Assembly (NCBI GenBank): GCA_963719165.1
Contig: CAVRAV010000001.1
Coordinates: 1,567,565 to 1,631,564, forward strand
Reading direction: 5' to 3'
Source of the DNA: an uncultured Actinomycetes bacterium
Lineage (GTDB): Bacteria; Actinomycetota; UBA4738; HRBIN12
DNA: 64,000 nt
In this document: positions 1-9,441 of the stretch, piece after piece
Layout of the letters: every line of letters begins with the position of its first letter
How positions within the stretch are numbered: the stretch's first letter is position 1
Made by a program: the position numbers and the translations under genes
The notes under the pieces: model-generated
Databases searched by the model: none
Seen by the model: only the letters and a program-made list of their open reading frames with translations
Told to the model about the DNA's origin: nothing

Positions 1-4
1 CGCG

Positions 5-853
5 ATGCCGGACTCGATGCGGGCGCCGGACGGCGGACCGATGGCGGCCGTGCACGGCTACCTCGACATGGTGACGCGGTTGATCGTCTCGCGCCGGCCG
101 GCAGAGACCACGCACGTCTACGACCACGACTGGCGGCCCACGGCACGCACGGACCTCTACCCCGCCTACAAGGCGAACCGCCCGCCCGAGCCCGAGGGCC
201 TTCCGGAGCAGTTCGCCCTGCTGCGCGACGTGCTGAACCTCACGGGCATGCCGCAGGCGCACACGCCAGATTGGGAGGCGGAGGATGCGATCGGGGCGTT
301 GGTGCAGCGCGCCGGGTCCGACGACCTGCTCGAGATGGTGAGCGGCGACCGCGACCTGCTGCAACTCGTCCGCGACGAGCCGCCGCCCGTCCGCCTCCTC
401 TTCACGGTGCGCGGCGTGAGCGAGCTGCACGAGTTCGACGAATCAGCCGTGCTGGACAAGTACGGGGTGCCCGCGGACCGTTACGCCGAGTTCGCGATCC
501 TGCGCGGCGACCCGTCCGACGGACTCCCCGGCGTGCAGGGCGTCGGGGAGAAGACGGCACGCGCCCTGGTCCAGGCCTACCCCTCGATCGAGGCGATGCT
601 CGAGGATGCCGTGTCCGGCGCGCCCCCCCGCGACGGACCGTTCAAAGGGAAGCCCGCCCTGCGAGCGAAGGTGCGCGCGGCCGCGGAGTACCTGGGCGTG
701 ATGCGCCGGATCGTCCCGGTGAACGCGACCGCTCCCCTCGCCACCTGGGCGGGCACCCGCGACGATCCCGCGCTGAAGGCGATGGCGGAGCGCCACGGCC
801 TGCGGGGGCCGGTGACGAGATTGCTCGCCGCGCTCGACAGCACGTCGAGCTGA
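5..853 (+). CDS. 5'-3' exonuclease / flap endonuclease (PolA N-terminal-like); true start probably upstream of the window
   Basis: Motifs YKANR, EAEDAIG, SGDRDLLQ and H3TH 'LRGDPSDGLPGVQGVGEKTA'; the usual N-terminal DG..S motif is missing, so the gene is likely 5'-truncated. Confidence 0.9.
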   Translation: MPDSMRAPDGGPMAAVHGYLDMVTRLIVSRRPAETTHVYDHDWRPTARTDLYPAYKANRPPEPEGLPEQFALLRDVLNLTGMPQAHTPDWEAEDAIGALVQRAGSDDLLEMVSGDRDLLQLVRDEPPPVRLLFTVRGVSELHEFDESAVLDKYGVPADRYAEFAILRGDPSDGLPGVQGVGEKTARALVQAYPSIEAMLEDAVSGAPPRDGPFKGKPALRAKVRAAAEYLGVMRRIVPVNATAPLATWAGTRDDPALKAMAERHGLRGPVTRLLAALDSTSS

Positions 854-872
854 CGGACGTTCGGAGCATGAT

Positions 873-2534
873 CTAGGCGGGCCATTCGGACTCGTCGCGG
901 GAGGATCGAGTCTTCTTGCGGGCCGCGTTGCGGGCCAGGCGTTCACGCAGGCTCCCGTCCGTATCGACGGCCCCCGTGGGCTCGATCCAACCATCCAGCG
1001 GTGAGCGCTCGACGGCCGGTCCCCGCGGGATCGTCGCGGCGGGCACCGACTTCGGCTCGGGCTCGGGCGCCGGCTCGAAGGCGGCAGCCTGCTCTTGGAG
1101 CCGATCTTGCAGCTGGGCGCCTCGGTCCTCAGCCTCCCGGGCACGCTCGAGCGCGAAACTCAGCTCCTCTCCCATGCGAGCCATCCGATCGTTGAGCTCG
1201 GCGACCTCGCGGCGCAGGACGATCTCCGCCTCAGCCTGCGCCTCCGCGAGGGCCTGCGCCTCCAGGCGGGCCTCGAGCTGCTCTTCGAGATGATCGGGTG
1301 GGGCGCTCCCGCCCCTCGACCCGCCCTCGAGCTCCGCGATCCGCGCTCGCGCACGCTCGAGGTCCTCCTTGGCGTGCGCGTTGGTCACCTCGGTCCGGGC
1401 AAGCAGGGTCTCCATCTCCGCCTGCGCGGTGGCGGCGGCGCGGCGCGAAGCCTCCGCGTCGGTGCGCGCCTCCTCCACCGAGCGCTCGAGGTTCGCGACG
1501 AGCTCCGAGGTGCCCGCCTCGAGCACCTGGCTGTCGTCCGCCCGGGCCCCCAGCGCCTCGGCCCGCGTCTCGAGCTCGTCGATCCGGGCCGCCAGCTCGG
1601 TGACATGGACCTCGGCCGTCTGTGCCTTCGCCTTCCACCGAGCCACCTCGTCGTCCGCGGTGGGTGAGGCGGTCGCCGCCTGCAGCTCCTGCAGCCGGAC
1701 CTTCGCCTCGCCGAGTTCGTCCTGCAGCTCGTTGACCCTTGCCGTCGCGCGCTCGTTGTCCGCGTTCAGGCGCCCGCTCACGCGCTCCAGCTCGCCCTCC
1801 AGGGTGCGCCGCTCGGCTTCGGACCGCGCGAGCTCGTCGTTGAGGTACTGCAGATCTTCCGATGACGCCGGCGGTGGGGTGCCTCCGCCGTTGGCCGAGA
1901 CGAAGCCGGCGCCGGCCTTCGCGGCCTTACGCGCCGGGATCGCGGCGAGCAACCCCACGGCGATCATGAGCACCATCAGCCCGCCGACCCCCGTTGCGAC
2001 CTCGCGGATGGTGGTCCAGGGCTGCGAGGAGGCGGCGAGCACGGGCGTGTAGGGCTGCACGATCTCGACCGCTCCGAACGGCGCGCCGTCGGGGCCGGTC
2101 CGCAGCGGCAGGAAGGTCGTCATGACCTCCCCGTCGACGATCGTCGTGGCCTTGCCCACGCCCTTCACGGACTCGCGCAGGGTGTCCTCGAGGGCCGTGG
2201 TGTGGTCGTTGTCGATCGTGGAGTAGCGCAGCGTTCCCCCGGGCGTCCACAACCGCACCGCCATCACGACCTCGCCGGCGAGCGCGTGGCGCAGACGCGC
2301 GTCCAGCTGGGCCGAGGTCCGCGCATCGATCGGACGTTCCAGCGACGTGACCCCCAGCGATCCGTCGACCTCGTTCGCGACGGCCCGCGCGCGACCCTGC
2401 GTTTGCCCGCGCGCGGTCGTAAGGGCCCTGCCCTGCATGATCAGCGAGCCCACGAACAGGCCCGCGCACGCGAGCAGGACGACGACGAAGACGCCGCGGT
2501 TGCGGCGGAGCCGTTGCACAGGGTCGAGTGCCAT
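873..2534 (-). CDS. Membrane protein: TM - extracytoplasmic sensor-like domain - TM - long coiled coil
   Basis: Coding part of ORF 873..3914 from MALDPVQRLRRNRGVFVVVLL (GGGAG RBS); second TM GGLMVLMIAVGLLAAI; E/A/R-rich heptads after it. Confidence 0.75.
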   Translation of the reverse strand: MALDPVQRLRRNRGVFVVVLLACAGLFVGSLIMQGRALTTARGQTQGRARAVANEVDGSLGVTSLERPIDARTSAQLDARLRHALAGEVVMAVRLWTPGGTLRYSTIDNDHTTALEDTLRESVKGVGKATTIVDGEVMTTFLPLRTGPDGAPFGAVEIVQPYTPVLAASSQPWTTIREVATGVGGLMVLMIAVGLLAAIPARKAAKAGAGFVSANGGGTPPPASSEDLQYLNDELARSEAERRTLEGELERVSGRLNADNERATARVNELQDELGEAKVRLQELQAATASPTADDEVARWKAKAQTAEVHVTELAARIDELETRAEALGARADDSQVLEAGTSELVANLERSVEEARTDAEASRRAAATAQAEMETLLARTEVTNAHAKEDLERARARIAELEGGSRGGSAPPDHLEEQLEARLEAQALAEAQAEAEIVLRREVAELNDRMARMGEELSFALERAREAEDRGAQLQDRLQEQAAAFEPAPEPEPKSVPAATIPRGPAVERSPLDGWIEPTGAVDTDGSLRERLARNAARKKTRSSRDESEWPA

Positions 2535-2750
2535 CGCCATCTCCCAGGCGCCGACGGGCGCGGTCGATCCATCTCTCCTGCGATACTTCGGCGCTTGCCG
2601 GGCCGACCCTAAGCGGCCATCGCGCAGGTCAGCGCGGCAACGACGCGGTTGCCGGGCGTGCCGCGGCGGTCGCGACGCGGCTCGGTCCAACCATCGAGGG
2701 TCGGGCGACGGTTCGTTGACGCCTCGACGGGGCGTCCGTACGGTTGCCCG

Positions 2751-3722
2751 ATGCGCCGGGCGGTGATGGTGCTGGTTGCAGCCGTGGCCCTCACCTCGTG
2801 CCTGGGTGAGCGCGTGAGCGTGCTCCCGGCCGCCTCGCCGGCCCCCTCCGCCCCCTCGGCCACGTGCGAGGATGCGCCGACACCCGGACGGGTCGCGTTC
2901 GCCGACGCGAAGGGACGCTGCGTGCCTGAGACGGTGCTGGAGCTGCGATCCTGCGCGCTCGATCAGCCCGACGTGCTCGTGCGCTGGGCGGGGACCGACC
3001 GGGAGCGTCGGTACCTGGGCGGCGACTACCGGGTGAACGCGCGCGAGGTGCCCGCAGGCACCGAAACCATCGGAACGTCTCCCGGTGGTCTCGAGGTCTT
3101 CGCGAAAGACGGCGAGCCCGGTTGGGTCTGGGTGCAGGATGCCGTCGGCGTCTCGCGATGGCTCGCGCTCCCCGCATCGATCCCGTGGACCGGACGGGAG
3201 CCCAGCGCGTTCTTCATCGGCGACTCCATCACCGACGGCGCCTCCACATACATCGCCGCCGCGCTGCCGGGATGGGCCACCGGGTTCGACGCGGTCATCG
3301 GTCGCCCGTCCTCGGGCGGCGTGACGCAGGCGACGGCGCAGGGACAGGCCGAGCCGACCCCCGACGCCGTCGTGGTGGAACTCGGCACGAACGACAACGA
3401 TCCCGACCAGTTCCGCAGCAACGCGAAACAGATCCTCGACGCACTGCAGACGGTCCCACTGGTGCTGTGGCAAACGGCCCACGGGCCGGAGACCATGTCG
3501 GCGATCCCGGACATCAACGCGACGATCCGCGATCTGGTCGCGCGCTACCCGAACACGGCCATCGCCGACTGGAACGGCTACGTGAGCGACGACATGCTCG
3601 TTTCCGACGGGGTCCACCCCTTGAGCGATCACGAGAACGCGATGGCGCTCCTCGTCGCACCGTTGCTCGACCGATGGCGCGCGGCCCTCGAGGGCCGCGG
3701 TCCCACCGCCTGCCTCGGTTGA
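2751..3722 (+). CDS. Lipoprotein with C-terminal SGNH/GDSL hydrolase domain
   Basis: Lipobox ALTSC; FIGDSI, ELGTND, DGVHP blocks; TACGGT box 6 nt before ATG. Confidence 0.85.
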   Translation: MRRAVMVLVAAVALTSCLGERVSVLPAASPAPSAPSATCEDAPTPGRVAFADAKGRCVPETVLELRSCALDQPDVLVRWAGTDRERRYLGGDYRVNAREVPAGTETIGTSPGGLEVFAKDGEPGWVWVQDAVGVSRWLALPASIPWTGREPSAFFIGDSITDGASTYIAAALPGWATGFDAVIGRPSSGGVTQATAQGQAEPTPDAVVVELGTNDNDPDQFRSNAKQILDALQTVPLVLWQTAHGPETMSAIPDINATIRDLVARYPNTAIADWNGYVSDDMLVSDGVHPLSDHENAMALLVAPLLDRWRAALEGRGPTACLG

Positions 3723-3765
3723 TCGCGCGGCCGTCGACCTGCGGGCGCGGACTACGCTGAGCGCC

Positions 3766-4689
3766 ATGCCCCCGCCTTCCTTCCGCCCCGGCGTCGTGGT
3801 CCTCGACGGCGGCCTCGCGACCGAGCTCCAGAAGCGCGGCGCGAACCTCGACGACCGCCTGTGGTCCGCCTCGGTGCTGATCGATCGGCCCGAGCTCATC
3901 GCGCAGGTCCACACGGCCTATCTCGAGGCGGGCGCCGACGTCGCGATCACGGCGAGTTATCAGGCGAGCTTCGAGGGCTTGGCGCAGCGTGGTCTCGATC
4001 AGGCAGGGGCCGCCGACCTCATGCGGCGGAGCATCTCGCTGGCCGTCGATGCGCGCGACGCATGGTGGGACGAGCACGGCTCCGACGATCGCGTGCGGCC
4101 GTCGGTCGCTGCCTCGGTCGGCCCCTATGGGGCGGTGCTCGCGAACGGCGCCGAGTACTCCGGCGACTACGGTCGCTCCGTGCGGGACCTTCGAGATTTC
4201 CATGCGCGGCGCCTGGAGGTTCTCGCCGAGCCCTCCGCCGGTGCCGATCTCCTGGCGGTGGAGACGATCCCCTCGGCGCTGGAGGCCGAGGCGCTGGTGG
4301 CGGCGCTCGCCGAGCACCCCGACCGACCGGCGTGGGTGGCGTTCACCTGCCGCGACGACGAGCGCCTGGGAGACGGTACGCCGCTCGAGGACGCGGTCCG
4401 CATCGTCACCGACGCGACGAACGTGTTCGCCGTCGGGGTGAACTGCACCGCGCCGGCGCACGTCGCCTCGCTCGTGGCCCACGCCGCGGCGGCAACCGAT
4501 CGCCCCGTTTTGGCCTACCCGAACCGGGGCGCTCCCTACGACGCTGCCTCCAAGACGTGGGGCGTTCCCGATCCCGTCGATCTGGGGGCCCTCGCGAGAC
4601 GGTGGGTCGATGCCGGCGCCAGCATGGTGGGCGGCTGCTGCGGGACTGGCCCCGAGGACATCCGCGCGATCGCGGCCGCGGTCGCCTGA
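3766..4689 (+). CDS. mmuM: Homocysteine S-methyltransferase
   Basis: LDGGLATEL, LWSA, SVGPYGA, GVNC, YPNRG, GGCCGTGP motifs. Confidence 0.93.
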   Translation: MPPPSFRPGVVVLDGGLATELQKRGANLDDRLWSASVLIDRPELIAQVHTAYLEAGADVAITASYQASFEGLAQRGLDQAGAADLMRRSISLAVDARDAWWDEHGSDDRVRPSVAASVGPYGAVLANGAEYSGDYGRSVRDLRDFHARRLEVLAEPSAGADLLAVETIPSALEAEALVAALAEHPDRPAWVAFTCRDDERLGDGTPLEDAVRIVTDATNVFAVGVNCTAPAHVASLVAHAAAATDRPVLAYPNRGAPYDAASKTWGVPDPVDLGALARRWVDAGASMVGGCCGTGPEDIRAIAAAVA

Positions 4690-4833
4690 TGCCGTGCGGA
4701 ACGCCGTGCGGCGACCCGAAGTCATCCTGAGTGATGAGGGGCCCGAGCGCCGGGTTGTATGGTGGCGCGTCGTTCGCAGCGGGCCGGCCACGGCCTGCCC
4801 TGGCCGGAAGTCACCGCACGTGAGGGGCACCGC

Positions 4834-5100
4834 TTGGCCCTGAAGATCCCGTGTCCGCATTGCGGGCCGCGCGACTACACGGAGTTCATGTTCGGCGGCG
4901 AACTGCGCCCCGTGCCGGGCGCCCCGGGCGAAGGGGCCGCGGCCGAGGACCCTCACGACGACTTCGCCCGGGTCTACCTGCTCGACAACGCGCCCGGCTG
5001 GCAACGTGAGCGGTGGTTCCACCTCTTCGGCTGCCGCCGGTGGCTGGAGCTGAGGCGGGACACGCGCACGAACGAGGTGGCGCCGGAGACCGCCCCATGA
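4834..5100 (+). CDS. soxD: Sarcosine oxidase delta subunit-like
   Basis: IPCPHCGPR..EF.FGGE, ERWFHLFGCRRW, RDTRTNE; TTG start after GAGGGG; ATGA overlap with next gene. Confidence 0.88.
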   Translation: MALKIPCPHCGPRDYTEFMFGGELRPVPGAPGEGAAAEDPHDDFARVYLLDNAPGWQRERWFHLFGCRRWLELRRDTRTNEVAPETAP

Positions 5101-7725
5101 CCTCGATCGACTTCGAGGGCACACCCGTGGAGTCGAACGAGGGCGACACGATCGCCTCCGCGCTCTTCCGCGCGGGCGTACGCACCTTCACGCGCTCGCT
5201 GAAGTATCACCGGCGCCGTGGTCTGTACTGCCTGAGCGGCGACTGCCCCAACTGCCTGATGACCGTGGACGACGTGCCCGGCGTCCGTGCTTGCACGACG
5301 CCGGCGCGCTCGGGCCAGCGCGTGCGCCGCGAGTCCGGATCCCCGTCCGCGGAGCGTGATCTCCTGGGGCTCGCCGACAAGGCACACCGCCTGATGCCGG
5401 TGGGGTTCTACTACAAGTCGTTCACCAGACCGCGCTGGCTCTGGCCCCTCGTGGAGAAGGTCGATCCGCCGCCACACGGGCGTGGGGACGCTGCCCGTCG
5501 ACCGGCTGCCGCAGCGCAAGAGCGCCCGCCATGCGCGCCCCGACGTCCTGGTGATCGGCGGCGGCGTGGCCGGACTCGCCGCTGCCCGGGCGGCCGCCGG
5601 CACGGGCGCCACGGTGGCGGTGGCGGACGAAGGCCGCTTCGCCGCGGCGATCCCGGCGGGACCGCTCCAGCGCCGGATCGAGCACCTCGCCGCCGAGCTG
5701 CGGGCCATCTCCACCGTGGAGCTCCTGGAGCAGCACGTCGCGATCGGCATCTACGAGGGGCCGACCGTTCCCTGCGTGGGTCCCGATGAACTCGTGGAGG
5801 TGGAGCCGGGCCGGGTCATCGTCGCCACGGGCGCCGTGGAGGCCCACGGGGTGTTCACGGGCAACGATCTTCCGGGGGTCTGGCTCGGGCGTGGGGCCGC
5901 GCGCATGGCGGGCGTGCACGGCGTGGCGCCCGGACGATGGGCGGTGGCGGTGATCGATACGACCGAGGGGCTGGAGCATCTCGGCATCCTCCGCTCGGCC
6001 GGCATGCGGGTCGCCGAGGTCGTGGCACCCGACGCGATCGCCGACCAGGTACCGGCGGGCATCGCCGTCTCGCGCAACGCGCGTCTCGTCGCCGCCAACG
6101 GCAGGGGGCGCGTGGAGTCCGTGCTGCTCGGGACCGCCAGGGGTGAGCGGACCGTGGCGTGCGACAGCGTCGTGGTCTCCCTCGGCTACGCGCCGCGCGA
6201 CGCGCTGGTCCGGATGGCCGAAGGGCTGCCCGTCTCGGCGGCGGGGGACGTCGTGATCCCCGGATGCACGGCCGAGGAGGCTGAGGCATCCGGGTCACGG
6301 GCCGGATCCGACGCAGGGCGGGCCGACCACGCCGGCGAAACCGCCCGGGCGCCGTTGGGCGCGGGAGGCTACGTCTGCCTCTGCGAGGACGTAGGCGTCG
6401 AAGACCTTCGCGCCGCGTGGGCGGAGGGGTGGACGAGCGCCGAGATCCTCAAGCGCTACACGACGACGACCATGGGTCCCTGCCAGGGCGCGATGTGCGG
6501 CACCCACCTCGCCGCGTTCGTGGAGGACCAGGGCGGCGCCCAACGGGCGCAAGGCCGCACGACCGCGCGCCCCCCCGTGAGGACCGTCCGGTTGGAGGAT
6601 CTCGCCGGCGGCGTGAACGAGGTGATCGAGAAGCGGACCGGCCTGCACGACACGCACGTCGCGGCGGGCGCGACCTTGGATCGGTCCGGCAGCTGGACCC
6701 GCCCTTCGACCTACGGGGACGTCCCCGCCGAGATCAGGGCGGTGCGCGAGGCCGTGGGCGTGATGGACGTGGGAACCCTGGGGAAGTTCCTCGTCGGGGG
6801 GCCGGACGCGCAGCAGCTGGTGGACCGGCTCTTCACCTGTCGCATGCGCGATCTCGAACCAGGACGCGCCCGCTACCTCCTCGCCCTCGACGAGGCCGGG
6901 TACGTGATGGACGACGGGCTGATCTGCGCGCTCGATGCCGAGCGCTACTACGTGACCTCGACGTCGGGCGGCGCCGACAGGATGGAGGCCTGGCTCCGGA
7001 ACTGGGCGGATCGATGGCACCTGCGGGCGCTCGTGCTGGACCAGACCTCGATGCTCGGCGCGGTCAACGTGGCGGGTCCGCGGGCCCGGGAGCTCCTGCA
7101 GCGCCTCTGCGACGACGACGTCGGCCCGGCAGCCCTCGGTTACGGGCGGCACGGCGAGATCACCGTGGCCGGCGTCGACTGTCGAGCGATCCGATCGGGG
7201 TTCGTCGGCGAGGTGTCGTTCGAACTCCACCACCGGCGGTCGACCGGTGGAGCCCTATGGGAAGCGCTGCGGGGGGCGGGCGCCGACCTGGGTCTGCGAC
7301 CGCACGGTCTCGACGCCCTCGATGTGCTCCGCCTCGAGAAGGGGCACAGTTACCTCGGTCAGGACACCCTGCCCGATGACCACCCCGCCAAGCTGGGACT
7401 GACGTGGGCGGTGGACATGGATAAGCCCGGCTTCCTGGGCAAGACCGCGCTCCTGCGCATGGCGGCCCTGCCGCTGGAGCGCAAGCAGGTGGGACTCGAC
7501 TTCGCCGCCGAACCCCAGCGCGGCGCGCCGCTGTACGCGGACGACGCGATCGTGGGCCGGGTGACCTCGTGCGCCCGCTCCGAGGTCCTCGGACGCTGGA
7601 TCGGCTTGGCGTGGCTGCGCCGGGTGGACGGCGCCTTCCCCTCGCATGTGCGGGCGGGCGAGGTCGACGCCACCGTCGCGGACACCCCGTTCTACGACCC
7701 GGATGGTGCGAGGCAACGTGCTTGA
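5097..7725 (+). CDS. soxA: Sarcosine oxidase alpha subunit-like (2Fe-2S / FAD-NAD / BFD-like / GcvT domains); single-base frameshift near 5463
   Basis: N-part GDTIASAL..RSLKYHRRRG..CPNC in ORF 5013..5789; continues as IRRHTGVGTLP..GGGVAG, KRYTTTTMGPCQG, DVGTLGK, LRLEKG, PFYDP in ORF 5482..7725 after removing one base. Confidence 0.85.
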
Positions 7726-8206
7726 GCTCGCGCCCACCCAAGCCACGGTCCTCACGTGCCTCGGCTCGCGCGACGCCGTGGACGCCGCCGTCGCCGTCGG
7801 CGGTCTCGAGGCCGGCCGGGTCGCGCCGGACGAGGCCATGCTGATCGGGGCCGCCGGGCGCGACGACGAGCGATCGGAAGCCGTGAGCGCCGTCGTCCTG
7901 CCCGTCGACGCCGGCGCGCTCGTCATCGACACGACCGACGGGTGGAGCATCTGGACGATGACGGGCGCCGAGCGCGCGCTGGACCGGGCCATGGCCCGGC
8001 TGACGGCCCTCGAACTCGCGGACTCGGGCTTCGCCCAGGGCGACCTCGCGCGCGTCCCCGTGAAGCTCTTCCTGACCCGGGGCAGCGTCCGCATCCTCGT
8101 GCCGTCCATGTGGGACGCGTACCTGCGCGCGCGCATCCTCGAGCGCTGCGCCACCCTGCAGATCCGCGAACGCCGGGCGCCGCGAGCGTGGGAGCTGCCG
8201 GCGTGA
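7718..8206 (+). CDS. soxG: Sarcosine oxidase gamma subunit-like
   Basis: Overlaps soxA stop; RVAPDE, VIDTTDGW, FAQGDLARVP resemble the SoxG/GcvT-like fold; operon position. Confidence 0.65.
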   Translation: MLELAPTQATVLTCLGSRDAVDAAVAVGGLEAGRVAPDEAMLIGAAGRDDERSEAVSAVVLPVDAGALVIDTTDGWSIWTMTGAERALDRAMARLTALELADSGFAQGDLARVPVKLFLTRGSVRILVPSMWDAYLRARILERCATLQIRERRAPRAWELPA

Positions 8207-9411
8207 CGGGGCTCCTGCGCAAGCGGACGTTCCTGCATACGTCGGACGTGGCGGCGAACTACGACGTGGTGGTCGTGGGGGGCGGGGTCAACGGCCTGTC
8301 GCTCGCCTACCACCTCGCCGAACGACAGGGCATCACGAACGTGGCGGTCTTCGAGCGGGCGTACATCGGTTCGGGGGGCTCCGGGCGGAACACGCAGGTC
8401 GTTCGCGCGAACTACAACACCCCGGAGACGGTTCCCCTGTACAAGGCGAGCCTCGAGATCTGGCAGAACCTGAGTGCCGAGCTGGACTTCAACATCTTGT
8501 GGAGCCCCGGGGGCGAGCTCGACCTGGTCCACAGCGTCGATGCCCTGGAGGTCGAGCGGGACAAGTCGCTGCTGAATCGCGCGTACGGGGTGGCCACCGA
8601 CATCCTCAGCGTGGACGAGGTGCTCACGATGTGCCCACTGGTGGACGCGAGCGGCGGCGGCGAACTGCCGGTGCTGGGTGCGAGCTATCATCCGCCGGGC
8701 TCGATCGCGCACCATGACTCCGTGGTGTGGGGGTACGCGTCGGCGGCGGAGCGGCGCGGCGTCGCGGTCCACGAGGGCGTCGCGGTTACCGGGCTCGACG
8801 TTCGAGACGGCGTCTGCCACGGCGTGCGGACCGACGCGGGGCCCGTGAGCGCCGGCGCCGTGGTCAGCGCCGTGGCGGGCCACAGCAGCGTCGTCGCAGC
8901 CATGGCTGGGATCAAACTCCCCATCAGCACGCACCCGCTGCAGGCGTTCGTGACGGAACCGTACGCGCATGTCCTGGATGGCTTGGTCAGCTCCATGGAC
9001 CTGTTCGTGTACATCTCGCAGACCGCGCGCGGCGAGTTGCTGGTGGGAGCCGAGATCCTCCCCTACAACACCTATTCCACGCGCTCCACCTTCGGCTTCC
9101 TGGCCGAGGCGGCCAAGCGCACGATCCAGATCCTGCCGTTCGCTGCGAAGGCGCGTGCGATGCGCCAGTGGACCGGCCTGTGCGACATGTCGCCGGACTC
9201 CTCGCCGCTGCTCGGGGAAACGGAGGTCCGGAACTTCTTCTTGATGGCCGGGATGGGCACGTGGGGATTCAAGGGATCGCCCATCTTCGGACGCACGATG
9301 GCCGAGATGATCGCCACGGGACGAACCCCGGATCTGATCGCTCCCTTCGCGCCCGATCGTTTCGAGCGCGACCGGATGGTGCCCGATGCGTCGAGCGCGG
9401 GCACCCACTGA
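8203..9411 (+). CDS. soxB: Sarcosine oxidase beta subunit-like FAD oxidoreductase
   Basis: YDVVVVGGGVNG, GGSGRNT.VVRANY, AHHDSVVWGYA, HPLQAFVTEP, GMGTWGFK; GTGA overlap. Confidence 0.88.
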   Translation: MTGLLRKRTFLHTSDVAANYDVVVVGGGVNGLSLAYHLAERQGITNVAVFERAYIGSGGSGRNTQVVRANYNTPETVPLYKASLEIWQNLSAELDFNILWSPGGELDLVHSVDALEVERDKSLLNRAYGVATDILSVDEVLTMCPLVDASGGGELPVLGASYHPPGSIAHHDSVVWGYASAAERRGVAVHEGVAVTGLDVRDGVCHGVRTDAGPVSAGAVVSAVAGHSSVVAAMAGIKLPISTHPLQAFVTEPYAHVLDGLVSSMDLFVYISQTARGELLVGAEILPYNTYSTRSTFGFLAEAAKRTIQILPFAAKARAMRQWTGLCDMSPDSSPLLGETEVRNFFLMAGMGTWGFKGSPIFGRTMAEMIATGRTPDLIAPFAPDRFERDRMVPDASSAGTH

Positions 9412-9441
9412 GATGGAACGAGCGGGGAGGGATCGACGATC

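Noticed and set aside
2535-3914. N-terminal extension of the 1013-aa ORF
   Set aside because: Antisense shadow of the SGNH lipoprotein and mmuM; the real protein starts near 2534
4690-4833. Possible riboswitch or hammerhead between mmuM and soxD (TCATC..GATGA and CCGGCCA..TGGCCGG hairpins)
   Set aside because: No glycine, SAM or THF riboswitch core and no CUGANGA/GAAA pair; a TATGGT -10 box and chance GC hairpins explain it
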